NCBI GenBank assembly: GCA_965198065.1 | Contig: CBDAON010000004.1 | Span: 2,176,001 to 2,240,000, forward strand | Length of the DNA: 64,000 bases | From: Longimicrobiales bacterium | GTDB taxonomy: Bacteria > Gemmatimonadota > Gemmatimonadetes > Longimicrobiales > Gaopeijiaceae | Direction of reading: 5' to 3' | Shown here: positions 41,010 through 51,023 of the stretch, in pieces | How the letters are laid out: each line of letters begins with the position of its first letter | Numbering within the stretch: position 1 is the first letter of the stretch | Made by a program: the position numbers and the translations under genes | Notes under the pieces: model-generated | What the model was told of the DNA's origin: nothing | The model's input: only the letters and a program-made list of their open reading frames with translations | The model's database searches: none

Positions 41010-41450
41010 ATGGCCGAGCTGCACGATCTGAGCCCAGCCCGCGGATCGCACCGGGCCCGGAAGCGCCTGGGCCGAGGCCCCGGCTCGGGCACCGGCAAGA
41101 CGGCCGGGAAGGGACACAAGGGCCAGAGGGCGCGCTCGGGCGGCAAGATACGTCGAGGGTTCGAGGGCGGGCAGATGCCTCTCCAGCGGCGTGTTCCCAA
41201 GGGGGGTTTCACGCCTCTGGCCCGGGTCGAGCGCCAGATCGTGAACGTCGAGGCCCTCGAGTCGCTCGAAGCGGACGAAATCACCCCCGAGGTCCTCGAG
41301 GCGCAGGGCCTGGTGCGCTCCGCGTCCGAGCCGGTGAAGGTGCTCGGGAGCGGTGCCCTCACGCGCAAGATCAAGGTCTCCGCCCACGCGTTCAGCGTCT
41401 CCGCGCGAGAGAAGATCGAGGCGGCGGGTGGCTCGGCCACCGTGATCTGA
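41010..41450 (+). CDS. rplO: 50S ribosomal protein L15
   Basis: RLGRGPGSGTGKTAGKGHKGQ, FEGGQMPL. Confidence 0.97.
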   Translation: MAELHDLSPARGSHRARKRLGRGPGSGTGKTAGKGHKGQRARSGGKIRRGFEGGQMPLQRRVPKGGFTPLARVERQIVNVEALESLEADEITPEVLEAQGLVRSASEPVKVLGSGALTRKIKVSAHAFSVSAREKIEAAGGSATVI

Positions 41451-41451
41451 G

Positions 41452-42765
41452 ATGGCGAATCCGATCCAGAACCTCTTCCGGTTCCCGGAGCTGAAGGACC
41501 GGATCCTCTTCACCCTCCTGCTCCTCCTGATCTACCGCGTCGGCGCCCACATCACGGCGCCGGGGATCAACCTCACGGCCCTCCAGCTCCAGTTCCAGGC
41601 TCTGGAGGGGACGCTGTTCGGGGTCTACGACATGTTCGTGGGCGGGGGTCTCTCCCGTGCGACGATCTTCGCGCTCGGAATCATGCCCTATATCTCTGCC
41701 TCCATCATGTTCCAGCTTCTCGCCGCGGTCTTCCCGACCATCGAGAAGCTTCAGAAGGAGGGAGAGGAGGGCCGTAAGAAGCTCACCCAGTGGACCCGGT
41801 ACACGACTCTCGGGCTCTGTATCATGCAGGCCTACGGGTACTCGGCTTTCGTGGCTGCGATTCCCGGGGCGGTGGTGACCCCGGGGTTCACCTTCACCTT
41901 CAGCACCGTGGTTTCCCTCACCGTGGGGGGCATGTTCATCATGTGGCTGGGGGAGCAGATCACGGAGCACGGGGTCGGGAACGGGATGTCGCTCCTCATC
42001 TTCTTCGGGATTGTGGAGGGTCTCCCCGCAGCGGTCCTGAGGACGTACGAAGCACTGTCGGTGGGTGAGATCGGACTCTTCTCACTGGTGGCGCTTCTCG
42101 CCGTGCTTGTCGGGATTACCGCGGCCGTCGTCTCAATGACGATGGGCGCACGCCAGATTCCGGTGCAGATTCCCAGGAAGGTGGTGGGTCGGGGGCGAGT
42201 TCAGGAGGGGCAGAAGTCGTACGTGCCGATCCGCGTGAACGCCTCGGGGGTGATGCCGATCATCTTCGCCCAGTCGTTCATCATCGTACCCGGCACGCTC
42301 GCGGCGTTCTCGACGATGCAGATCTTCCGTGACATCGCGAATGTCTTCCAGCCGGGAAGCGGCTGGTATTATGTGACATACGGGATCCTCGTCGTCTTCT
42401 TCACCTACTTCTATACCGCGATCATCTTCAACCCGGTCGATCTCGCCGAGAACCTGAAGAAGCAGGGGGCGTTCATCCCCGGCGTGAAGCCCGGGGCGCG
42501 CACGGCCGAGTACATCGACCGTGTGCTCACGCGCGTGCTGGTGCCCGGGTCCATCTACCTGGCCGTCGTCGCGCTCGTTCCGTTCTGGATCTTCGACATC
42601 TTCAACATCCAGACCTTTTTCTTCGGGGGGACGGGGCTCCTGATAAGCGTGGGCGTGGGACTGGACACCGTCCAGCAGGCGCAGCAGCACCTCCTGCTCC
42701 GTCATTACGATGGATTCATGAAGAAGGGCCGCGTCCGGATGCGAGGGCGGCAGAGGTACGTTTGA
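41452..42765 (+). CDS. secY: Preprotein translocase SecY
   Basis: IFALGIMPYISASI, WLGEQIT..GVGNGMSL, GVMPIIFA, FIPGVKPG. Confidence 0.98.
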   Translation: MANPIQNLFRFPELKDRILFTLLLLLIYRVGAHITAPGINLTALQLQFQALEGTLFGVYDMFVGGGLSRATIFALGIMPYISASIMFQLLAAVFPTIEKLQKEGEEGRKKLTQWTRYTTLGLCIMQAYGYSAFVAAIPGAVVTPGFTFTFSTVVSLTVGGMFIMWLGEQITEHGVGNGMSLLIFFGIVEGLPAAVLRTYEALSVGEIGLFSLVALLAVLVGITAAVVSMTMGARQIPVQIPRKVVGRGRVQEGQKSYVPIRVNASGVMPIIFAQSFIIVPGTLAAFSTMQIFRDIANVFQPGSGWYYVTYGILVVFFTYFYTAIIFNPVDLAENLKKQGAFIPGVKPGARTAEYIDRVLTRVLVPGSIYLAVVALVPFWIFDIFNIQTFFFGGTGLLISVGVGLDTVQQAQQHLLLRHYDGFMKKGRVRMRGRQRYV

Positions 42766-42841
42766 GGCGGCGGGCCACGCCCTGCTCGGGGCCTTGCGGG
42801 CGACGCCCGGTGCGCGGAGCGGGCCGGAGCCGTCGAGCCTG

Positions 42842-43504
42842 ATGGTCGTGGTCCTGCTGGGCCCTCCGGGAGTGGGGAAGGGCGCGCAGGGGGAGCTCCT
42901 CGCCGAAGCGCTCGGGTGGGAGCGCCTCGTCACGGGCGACCTGCTGCGTGCCGCGCGGCGTCAGGGCACGGAGCTGGGGAAGAAGGCGACGTCGTACATG
43001 GACGCCGGAGACCTCGTCCCGGACGAGTTGATCGTCGCGCTGGTCCAGGAAAGGCTTCAAGGTATCCCGACCGACCGGGGCGTTGTCTTCGACGGCTTCC
43101 CCCGGACGGTCCCCCAGGCCGAAGCACTCTCCGCTGCCCTTGCCGGCGCGGGACGGGACGTGGACGGCGTGCTGGTCCTCGAAGCGCCCGACGACGTGCT
43201 CGTGAAGCGGGTCGCGGGTCGGCGGAGCTGCCCCAAGTGCGCGCGGGTCTACAACATACACTTCGACCCCCCGCGCGTAGAGGACCTCTGTGACGGGTGC
43301 GGCGGGCGGCTGGATCACCGCGAGGACGACACGCCCGAGACGGCGGGCCATCGCCTCGAGGTGTATCGGGAGCTGACCGAGCCGCTCATCGCATACTACG
43401 AGGGAGGGGCGGCTCCCATCCTCCGCGTGGACGGGAATCTCCCGCTCGAGGTCGTGCGGGAGGCGGTTTGGCAGACGCTGGTCGACGAGCTGGAGGTCGG
43501 ATGA
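42842..43504 (+). CDS. adk: Adenylate kinase with zinc lid
   Basis: GPPGVGKG, GDLVPD, DGFPRT, CPKC..CDGCG lid. Confidence 0.95.
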   Translation: MVVVLLGPPGVGKGAQGELLAEALGWERLVTGDLLRAARRQGTELGKKATSYMDAGDLVPDELIVALVQERLQGIPTDRGVVFDGFPRTVPQAEALSAALAGAGRDVDGVLVLEAPDDVLVKRVAGRRSCPKCARVYNIHFDPPRVEDLCDGCGGRLDHREDDTPETAGHRLEVYRELTEPLIAYYEGGAAPILRVDGNLPLEVVREAVWQTLVDELEVG

Positions 43505-44274
43505 TCGAGCTCAAGACCGCAAGCGAGATCCAGGAGATCGCACGGGGCGGCTCGATCATCGCGGCGCTGTTTCGCGAGTTGGAAGGATCGGTCGTCCCCG
43601 GGGCGTCCACGCTCCAGCTGGACCGCATGGCGGAGGGTTTCATCCGATCTCACCGGGGAGCCGTCCCGGTCTTCAAGGGATTGTACGGATTCCCCGGCTC
43701 GCTCTGCACGTCGATCAATGAGGAAGTCGTCCACGGCATCCCTTCCAACGAGCGGATCCTGAAGGAGGGAGACCTCCTCTCGATCGACGTGGGCGTGAAG
43801 CTTGGCGGGTGGTGTTCGGACTCCGCGCGGACGTTTGCCGTGGGAGAGATATCGCCCGAGCGGGAGCGCCTTCTCGAGGTGACTCGGGAAGCCCTCGATC
43901 GCGCCGTCGAGGCGGCGGGCCCGGGCGCCCGCATAGGGGACATCGGCCATGCCGTCCAGTCCGTGGTCGAAGGGACCGGCTTCAGCATCATCCGGGACCT
44001 GGTGGGGCATGGGATCGGCCGGAAGGTGCACGAGGAGCCGCAGGTCCCGAACCGGGGCCAGCCGGGGACGGGCCCCGAGCTGAAGGGGGGCATGGTCCTC
44101 GCGATTGAGCCCATGATTGCGGCGGGGGGCTACCGGATCCGGACGCTCTCCGACGACTGGACGATGGTGACCGCGGACGGTTCGGCGACGGCCCACTTCG
44201 AACACACGGTAGCGCTTACCACGGAAGGTCCTCGGGTCCTCACGGCCGAAGAGTCCCCGGTTGGGACGGGGTGA
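43501..44274 (+). CDS. map: Methionine aminopeptidase type I
   Basis: CTSINEEVVHGIP, GHGIG..HEEP, AIEPM, AHFEHT. Confidence 0.96.
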   Translation: MIELKTASEIQEIARGGSIIAALFRELEGSVVPGASTLQLDRMAEGFIRSHRGAVPVFKGLYGFPGSLCTSINEEVVHGIPSNERILKEGDLLSIDVGVKLGGWCSDSARTFAVGEISPERERLLEVTREALDRAVEAAGPGARIGDIGHAVQSVVEGTGFSIIRDLVGHGIGRKVHEEPQVPNRGQPGTGPELKGGMVLAIEPMIAAGGYRIRTLSDDWTMVTADGSATAHFEHTVALTTEGPRVLTAEESPVGTG

Positions 44275-44317
44275 AGTTGGTGGAGGACGATGGGATGGGC
44301 ATCCCACCGGGCTCATC

Positions 44318-44346
44318 TTGAAGACGTGGTGCCTCGAAGCTATACT
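44318..44346 (+). promoter_or_regulatory. Internal sigma70 promoter ahead of rpmJ and the alpha operon
   Basis: TTGAAG (44318-23), 17-bp spacer, TATACT (44341-46), followed by an AT-rich tract. Confidence 0.7.
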
Positions 44347-44415
44347 AAATAGCTCTACAACAAACGGCTGTGTGGGGCCGTGCGGACGGCTGCAAGCGGG
44401 GGCCCGGAGGAAGCG

Positions 44416-44532
44416 ATGAAGGTACGCTCGAGCGTCAGGCCGATCTGCGAGCACTGCAAGGTGATCCGGCGCCGCGGCGTGATCAGGATCATCTGCAAGC
44501 GCAATCCGCGTCATAAGCAGCGGCAGGGCTGA
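44416..44532 (+). CDS. rpmJ: 50S ribosomal protein L36 (absent from the ORF track)
   Basis: [46 protein letters not shown]. Confidence 0.97.
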   Translation: MKVRSSVRPICEHCKVIRRRGVIRIICKRNPRHKQRQG

Positions 44533-44535
44533 CCT

Positions 44536-44644
44536 ATGCGTCAACTCGATACGGTGGTGCGTCAGGCTTCGGACTCGGCCTGCGGCGTGCTGGAGTGCGC
44601 TGCGGTCGCCTCACCTTCCTTGCCCCACCACCGATTTGACGCAT
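44536..44644 (+). promoter_or_regulatory. Putative structured RNA leader upstream of rpsM
   Basis: ATGCGTCAA (44536-44) pairs with TTGACGCAT (44636-44); CGGTGGTG (44552-59) pairs with CACCACCG (44626-33). Confidence 0.55.
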
Positions 44645-44683
44645 CGGCGCGGCGTGGAGTGACGACGGGAACGGGAAGCTAGG

Positions 44684-45064
44684 ATGGCGCGCATCGCGGG
44701 AGTGGACCTTCCCAGGAACAAGCGGATCGAGATCGCGCTCACGTACATCTACGGGATCGGACGCCCCAGGGCGCAGGAGCTTCTGGAGAACGCGGGGGTC
44801 AGAGTCGACACGAGGACCCAGGATCTCACGGACGAGGACGTGAACCGGCTCCGGCGGGAGATCGAGACCAAGTACAAGGTCGAGGGGGCCCTCAGGACGG
44901 AGGTGTCCATGAACGTCAAACGGCTCATGGACATCGGGTCCTACCGCGGGATGCGCCATCGCCGGGGGCTCCCGGTTCGGGGGCAGCGTACGAGCACGAA
45001 CGCGCGCACGCACAAGGGGAAGCGGCGCGCCATTGCTGGGAAGAAGAGGGCGCCGAAGAAGTAG
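44684..45064 (+). CDS. rpsM: 30S ribosomal protein S13
   Basis: [34 protein letters not shown]. Confidence 0.98.
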   Translation: MARIAGVDLPRNKRIEIALTYIYGIGRPRAQELLENAGVRVDTRTQDLTDEDVNRLRREIETKYKVEGALRTEVSMNVKRLMDIGSYRGMRHRRGLPVRGQRTSTNARTHKGKRRAIAGKKRAPKK

Positions 45065-45098
45065 GACGCCGAGGGGCTAGATCCGGAGGAGGGGACGC

Positions 45099-45503
45099 TT
45101 GGTGACCCAGGGACCGAAGAAACCCGGCGGGCGGGCGAAGCGCGGAAAGCGCGTGGCCGAGGCCGAGGGCGTCGCCCACATCAAGGCGACGTTCAACAAC
45201 ACCATCGTGACGATCTCCGACTCCAAGGGCGAGGTCGTCACCTGGTCGAGCGCGGGGAAGGCGGGGTTCAAGGGCTCGAAGAAATCCACTCCCTTCGCTG
45301 CGACCATGGCAGCGGAACAGGCGGGGCGGGAGGCCTATGCGCTGGGGGTCCGCCGAGTCCACGTGAGGGTGCAGGGACCCGGCTCGGGACGCGAATCGGC
45401 CATCTCGGCGCTGGCGACCGCCGGCCTCCACGTGACGTCGATCGAGGACGTGACGCCACTCCCCCACAACGGTTGCCGGCCTCCCAAGAAGAGGCGGGTC
45501 TAG
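45099..45503 (+). CDS. rpsK: 30S ribosomal protein S11
   Basis: [35 protein letters not shown]. Confidence 0.98.
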   Translation: MVTQGPKKPGGRAKRGKRVAEAEGVAHIKATFNNTIVTISDSKGEVVTWSSAGKAGFKGSKKSTPFAATMAAEQAGREAYALGVRRVHVRVQGPGSGRESAISALATAGLHVTSIEDVTPLPHNGCRPPKKRRV

Positions 45504-45522
45504 GACGGGTTCGGGGGGGTCG

Positions 45523-46158
45523 ATGGCTCGTTACACAGGAGCGGTCTGCAAGCTCTGCCGCCGGGAGGGGCAGAAGCTCTTCCTGAAGGGGCAGAAGTGC
45601 TACACGGAAAAGTGCCCGGTCGAGCGCCGCGCTTATCCGCCGGGGCAGCACGGCCCGGCGCACACCCGCCGCCGCAAGCAATCGGACTACGCGATCCAGC
45701 TGCGCGAGAAGCAGAAGGTGAAGCGCATGTATGGGCTCCAGGAGCGCCAGTTCCGGAACCTGTTCCGCAAGGCCGTGCAGTCCGGTGGGGTGACCGGCGA
45801 GACCCTGCTCGTCAGCCTGGAGACGCGGCTCGACAACGTCCTTTTCCGGCTCGGTTTCGCGTCCAGTCGGAGCCAGGCCCGGCAGCTGGCCCGGCATCGG
45901 CACGTGGAGGTGAACGGACACGTGGTGGACATCCCGAGCTATCAGGTACAAGCGGGCGACGACATCGCGGTCCGTCTCCCGTCCAGAAACCTGGACCTGG
46001 TCGAGGCCAGCCTCGGGGCCCGCAGTCGCCCGAAGCTGGCGGAGTGGCTCTCCCTGGACGAAAAGAACCGGGTAGCCCGCGTGGTGAGGGCTCCCACCCG
46101 GAAGGACCTCCCGGCCGAGATCCAGGAGCAGCTCATCGTGGAGCTTTACTCCAAGTAA
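45523..46158 (+). CDS. rpsD: 30S ribosomal protein S4 (Cys/zinc type)
   Basis: CKLCRREG, PPGQHG, QLREKQK, LETRLDNV, IVELYSK. Confidence 0.98.
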   Translation: MARYTGAVCKLCRREGQKLFLKGQKCYTEKCPVERRAYPPGQHGPAHTRRRKQSDYAIQLREKQKVKRMYGLQERQFRNLFRKAVQSGGVTGETLLVSLETRLDNVLFRLGFASSRSQARQLARHRHVEVNGHVVDIPSYQVQAGDDIAVRLPSRNLDLVEASLGARSRPKLAEWLSLDEKNRVARVVRAPTRKDLPAEIQEQLIVELYSK

Positions 46159-46196
46159 GCCCAACGCCGTACCATGTAAGCCCAACGCCGTACCAT
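46155..46196 (+). repeat. Perfect 21-bp tandem duplication including the rpsD stop
   Basis: GTAAGCCCAACGCCGTACCAT x2 (46155-75, 46176-96). Confidence 0.95.
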
Positions 46197-46216
46197 CATG
46201 CGGCACGGAGGATAGG

Positions 46217-47266
46217 GTGGAGATCGATCTGACCGGACTGGTTCTTCCCCAGAAGGTCGAGGCGGTACGAACGTCCGAGGACGGCCGCGTGGGTGAGTTC
46301 GTGATCGAGCCCCTCGAGCGGGGCTACGGGCACACGCTCGGAAACGCGGTGCGTCGGGTGCTCCTCTCCTCCCTGCGAGGCGCGGCGGTGTGGGCGTTTC
46401 GGGTCGAGGGGGTCGTGCACGAGCACCAGACGATTCCGGGGGTGGTGGAGGATGTCCACCAGATCATTCAGAACCTGAAGTCGCTGATTCTCGTGCTGGA
46501 CGACGACGTGGAAGACGCGACCCTCGAGCTCAAGGCGTCGAAAGTGGGCCCGCTGACGGCGGCGAGCATCAAGGAGAAGGGGGGCGTTCAAGTCCTCGAT
46601 CCCGATCACCACATCCTCACGCTTCAGGAGAGGCGGGCCTTCCGCATGGAGCTCCGAGTGAACAAGGGACGCGGATTCGTGCCCGCGGACCAGCATCCGC
46701 TGGAGAAGGGCACCCCCGTGGACCTCGTTCGCGTGGATGCGATCTACAATCCGGTCCGCCGCGCGAACTTCCAGGTTCTGGAGACCCGCGTCGGGCAGCG
46801 AACGGACTTCGACCAGCTCACGCTCTTCGTGGAGACCGACGGCACCGTATCGCCCGAGAGGGCCGTGGGCTTAGCGGGCGCCCTAGTCGGGAAGCATCTC
46901 GAGTATTTGTCGTTCCTGAAGGCAGGCGGTGTGCCGACCGTCCCCGCGGAGGGTCGGAGTCCCGTGCCGACAGGGTTGCAGGACCTTTTCGACCGGCCCA
47001 TCGAGGACCTGGCAGAGCTCTCGGTCCGCTCGCGCAACTCGCTCCAGAAGGAGAACATCCGCACGCTGGGTGAGCTGGTTCAGCGCTCCGAGGAGGAGAT
47101 GCTGGAGATCGAGAACTTCGGCAAGAAGTCCCTACAGGAGATCCAGGACTTTCTCGCGCAGCACAACCTCCGCTTCGGGATGCGAGTGGCCCAGCAGGGA
47201 GACGGGCAGCTGTACTTCCTCGAGGAAGAGGGCGCGGTTGAGCCCGCCGAGACCGGGGACGAGTAG
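46217..47266 (+). CDS. rpoA: RNA polymerase alpha subunit
   Basis: EPLERGYGHTLGNAVRRVLLSSL, RVGQRTDFD, ELSVRSRNSL, NFGKKSL. Confidence 0.98.
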   Translation: MEIDLTGLVLPQKVEAVRTSEDGRVGEFVIEPLERGYGHTLGNAVRRVLLSSLRGAAVWAFRVEGVVHEHQTIPGVVEDVHQIIQNLKSLILVLDDDVEDATLELKASKVGPLTAASIKEKGGVQVLDPDHHILTLQERRAFRMELRVNKGRGFVPADQHPLEKGTPVDLVRVDAIYNPVRRANFQVLETRVGQRTDFDQLTLFVETDGTVSPERAVGLAGALVGKHLEYLSFLKAGGVPTVPAEGRSPVPTGLQDLFDRPIEDLAELSVRSRNSLQKENIRTLGELVQRSEEEMLEIENFGKKSLQEIQDFLAQHNLRFGMRVAQQGDGQLYFLEEEGAVEPAETGDE

Positions 47267-47296
47267 ATCGGGATCGGGCGGGCGAAGGAAACGCTC

Positions 47297-47659
47297 ATAC
47301 GGCATCGAACGAAGGGTCGAAAGCTCACGAGGACGTCCTCCCACCGGCGGGCGACCTTGAGGAACCTGGCGACGAGCCTCTTTCGCCACGGCCGCGTCAA
47401 GACGACGACGGCCAAGGCCAAGGAGCTGCGCCCGTTCGCGGAGAGGCTCATCACGCTCGCTCGGCGCGGGGACCTGCACGCACGGCGTCTCGCCGCGCGC
47501 CGCATCCAGGACAGCGCGGTGCTCGGGAAGCTCTTCGACGACATCGGTCCCCGCTTTCGGGAGAGGCCCGGCGGGTATACGCGAATCCTGAAGCTGGGAC
47601 ACCGGAAGGGAGACGCTGCGGAGATGGCGCTGATCGAGCTCGTGGACCGTACCGGGTGA
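47297..47659 (+). CDS. rplQ: 50S ribosomal protein L17 with apparent ATA start
   Basis: ATA CGG CAT CGA gives (M)[45 protein letters not shown] 7 nt upstream. Confidence 0.93.
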   Translation: MRHRTKGRKLTRTSSHRRATLRNLATSLFRHGRVKTTTAKAKELRPFAERLITLARRGDLHARRLAARRIQDSAVLGKLFDDIGPRFRERPGGYTRILKLGHRKGDAAEMALIELVDRTG

Positions 47660-47688
47660 GCCCACACGGAAGCTGAGGGTCGATCGAG

Positions 47689-47904
47689 ATGGCACGACGC
47701 TGTGAGGTTTGCGGAAAGGGACCCGGAAGCGGGAACCGGGTGAGCCACGCGAACAACAAGACGCGGCGACGCTGGCTGCCGAACCTCCAGACCGTGAAGG
47801 TGCTGGACGATCGGGGCGAGCGCCGGAGGATCCGCGTCTGCACCTCGTGCATCACGGGCGGAAGGATCCGAAAGGCGCCCGCGCTCAGTGGTGACTCGAC
47901 GTAG
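47689..47904 (+). CDS. rpmB: 50S ribosomal protein L28
   Basis: [39 protein letters not shown]. Confidence 0.96.
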   Translation: MARRCEVCGKGPGSGNRVSHANNKTRRRWLPNLQTVKVLDDRGERRRIRVCTSCITGGRIRKAPALSGDST

Positions 47905-47929
47905 CGCTCGAATCCTATCGTTGAAAAAG

Positions 47930-47970
47930 GAGCGCCCCTCGGCACATGTTCCGAGGGGCGTTCTCACTTC
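47930..47970 (+). terminator. Intrinsic terminator-like hairpin after rpmB
   Basis: GAGCGCCCCTCGG-loop-CCGAGGGGCGTTC, preceded by an A-run and followed by a pyrimidine tract. Confidence 0.7.
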
Positions 47971-47989
47971 CCGAACCAGCGGATACGGC

Positions 47990-48799
47990 ATCGCCACCTC
48001 GCAACTCCTCAGCGGCCTCAGGATCGCCGTGACCCGGCCACGTAGCGGGCCGGGCGAGGATCGCCTCGCGGCTCTCCTGAGCGAACGCGGCGCGACCGCG
48101 ATCCACCTCGCCACCACGCGCGCGGCTCCCGCCTCCGACCCGGACCCCCTCGCGGAGGCGGCCCGGCGAATCGGGGACTACGACTGGCTGATCGTCACGT
48201 CGGCCCGCGCCGTGCCTCCCCTGATGGAAGCCCTCTCCCGGGCCGGTGTGCCCCCCGAGGACGTGCGGTCCGGCGGGGTTTGCCTTTGCGCCGTCGGGAC
48301 GAGGACGGGAGAGGCTCTGTCGGTTGCGGGGCTGTCGCCCGATATCGTCCCCGACCGTTTCGACTCCAGGGGCGTTGTTCGTGCTCTGCTCGAGGGGGCA
48401 GGCGTCGAGGGTAGGCGGGTCCTCTTCCCCCGCGCCGAGGAAGGGAGGGACGTGATCCCGGCGGAGCTGGCGGCGGCTGGAGCGACGGTGGACGTGGTCC
48501 CCGCCTATCGTATGGTGGGCGACCCGGAGGAGAGCGCTCGCCTCGCCGAGCTGGTTGGCGCGGGCGGAGTGGACGCGCTCACATTCACCGCGGGGTCCGC
48601 GGCCCGGAGCTTCGCGGAAGCCTGGGGGGGACGGGGCCCCCTTCCCGAGGGGCTCGGAGTCATGGCCCTTGGTCCGGCGACCGCGGAGGCCCTGCGGGAG
48701 GCCGGGCTCCCGGCGCATCGAATCGCGGAGCCGCATACCCTGGCCGGGCTGGTCGAGGCGCTCGAGCAGTGGGCCAGGGGCGGTGGTGAGGCTAGATGA
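47990..48799 (+). CDS. hemD: Uroporphyrinogen-III synthase
   Basis: LSGLRIAVTRP, YDWLIVTSARAV, AVGTRT, VLFPRA, FTAGSAA, LGPATA; start uncertain. Confidence 0.88.
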   Translation: MATSQLLSGLRIAVTRPRSGPGEDRLAALLSERGATAIHLATTRAAPASDPDPLAEAARRIGDYDWLIVTSARAVPPLMEALSRAGVPPEDVRSGGVCLCAVGTRTGEALSVAGLSPDIVPDRFDSRGVVRALLEGAGVEGRRVLFPRAEEGRDVIPAELAAAGATVDVVPAYRMVGDPEESARLAELVGAGGVDALTFTAGSAARSFAEAWGGRGPLPEGLGVMALGPATAEALREAGLPAHRIAEPHTLAGLVEALEQWARGGGEAR

Positions 48800-48891
48800 A
48801 CGAGCACGAGGACCACGGGTAGCGGAGACTCCCAGCCCGGGTGGCCGCTCGAGGCCCGGGTCGCCCGAAACCGGAGGGAGGAAGCGAACAA

Positions 48892-49455
48892 ATGAAGCAG
48901 CGGATCGGCATTCCCGATATCGGTCCGATGATCGGAATCCTTCTGGTCGCGGTGGCCGCCGGCGTGGGGTCCGGGCTGGTCTTCGCGCCGGAGATCGTGG
49001 TGCCGAGTACGGTCGAGGTGGCCACGCTCCTTCTGGTCACGGCGGTGGCGCTTCGGCTCGAGCGCGATCCGATCGTTCGCTCCTGGGTCTGGAAGCTCGC
49101 AGCCGGCGCGCTCCTTCTCAGGGGGCTCGCGCTGGTATTCGTGCACGGACCGCTGGACCCGTACTTCTTCGCGCCCGACGCCCTGTCGTATGAGATGATG
49201 GGGCAGGAGCTCAGAGATTTCTGGATGCGGGGGGCGCCCTACCCGTCCTCGCTCGAAGGGGAATGGCAGGTCGCTTACCCGTACCTGAACGGGTTCTTCT
49301 ACCTATTCCTGGACGATGTCGCCGTCGCGGGAGCCGTGCTCAACACCTTCTTCGGGGTGTGGACCGTGATCCTGACGTTCTATCTGGGCCGAGAGCTACT
49401 CGGGGAGCAGGCCGGCAAGCTCGCCAGCGGGATGGTAGCGATCTTTCCCTCCATG
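48892..49455 (+). pseudogene. 3'-truncated polytopic membrane protein (Wzy/GT-C-like)
   Basis: TM helices and PDALSY motif; protein-like sequence stops at AIFPSM and the frame continues as antisense of the flippase. Confidence 0.65.
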
Positions 49456-50244
49456 GGCGCCCTCCTCGTGAGGAAGGCGTCCGCCTCGGCCTCGGGGAGG
49501 GTTCCCCGGGCGGCTTCCCCGGCTCACGCTCATCCCGATGGCGGCCCCGGCGACGATCTGGAGGACCGCGCCCCGGAGACCGAGCCCCGCAATGAGCGCC
49601 ACCGAGACCACGAGCGACATGACGAGGGTCAGCACCTTTCCCAGGACCAGCCGCCGGAGGTCGTTCAACGCGTTGATCGCGGCGTCGGCCAGCTGCGCGA
49701 AGATCGAGAGCGGCACGGCCACCAACACGGCGAAGACCGCCCATCGGGGGAGCGTGGCCGGAAGAACCCCGTCCGCGACCACGCTCACGAAGGCGGTGGC
49801 GATCGCAAGGGCGAGTGAGACGCCGATCGCGAGCCTTGAGGCGACCCGAAGGGTGATCGCGGCCCGGCCGGGGTTTCCGGCGGCAAACGAGCGGCTCATC
49901 TCTCTCAGGACGCCCGTAGGGATGCCCAGCCGGGCAACGGACGAGAGGAGCTCGAAGAGAGCCCACACGAGCGCGTACGCGCCGTACCCGCCGACGCCGA
50001 GGAAGACCGCAAACGCCTTCTGACGGATGATTCCCGCCCCGAAAGCCAGGACGTTCACGCCCCCGAGGCTCGCGACGGCGCGGGCCAGCGAGCCTCCTGT
50101 CGGCCCGACGGCTGCGGTCGGATCGACAGCCCCTCCCGGATCGGCAGGTGTGCTCGGTTCGAGGGTTCCGTCGGCCTCGCCGGGAACGGCTCTCCGCTCG
50201 AGCGGGTCCCCTTCGACGCCGGCGTTCGACGGTCGTTCAGCCAC
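49455..50244 (-). pseudogene. 3'-truncated Wzx-like oligosaccharide flippase
   Basis: IIRQKAFAVFLGVGGYG..LGIPTGVLREMS and about 6 TM helices only, roughly half the usual length. Confidence 0.7.
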
Positions 50245-50966
50245 GGAGCTCGAGGTAGATCCGTTCCATTCGCTCCGCGGCGCGGTCCCAGGTGAACTCG
50301 GCCGCGCGCTCGCCTGCCGCGGCGGCGAGCTTTCGCCGGAGCCCGTCGTCCAGGATTATCCGCCGGAGCGCCCCCGCGAGCGCCTCGGCGTCCTCGGGCG
50401 GAACGAGAAGCGCCTCCTTCCCGTCCCGCACTGCCTCGGGGATTCTCCCCACCGTCGTGGCCACGATCGCGAGGCCGGCGTGAAGGGCCTCAAGGATGAC
50501 GAGGGGAAAGTTCTCGGAGCGGGACGGAAGGACGAGCAGCTCGGCCCGCCCCAGGAAGTCACGCACGCCGTCCCGGGTGGCGTACCCGTGCCAGTGGATC
50601 CGCGGAGCTAGGCCCAGCCGCTCGGCCTCGTCACGGAGTGCCCCCTCGGCCTTCCCGGCACCGACCAGGTCGAGACGGACCGGGAGGTCGCCGAGCCGCG
50701 CGAGCGCGCGAAAGAGCACGTCGATACCCTTGTGCTCGTCCAGCCGGGCAACGCAGAGGATGGAGCGGGCCTCGGGGGTTTCGCCGCCCGACCGGGCCGC
50801 CAAACCGCCGTCGGCACCCGTCGTCGCCGCCCCGTCGGCTCCATCCGCGACGCCAGCCGCCCGCTCCACGCGCTCGATGCCCTCCATCGGGCTCCCGTTG
50901 TGGACGACCCGCACGTTGGTGGTGGAGTTAAAGTATGGGGATTACATCCAATCGTAACCAAATCGC

Positions 50967-50995
50967 TTGACTTCGGCCAGTCAGAATGTTACTAT
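50967..50995 (+). promoter_or_regulatory. Transposase promoter
   Basis: TTGACT, 17-bp spacer, TACTAT preceded by TG (extended -10); hairpin TAGTCTG/CAGACTA (50996-51014) just before the GGAG RBS. Confidence 0.65.
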
Positions 50996-51023
50996 TAGTC
51001 TGTAAATCAGACTAGGAGAAACG

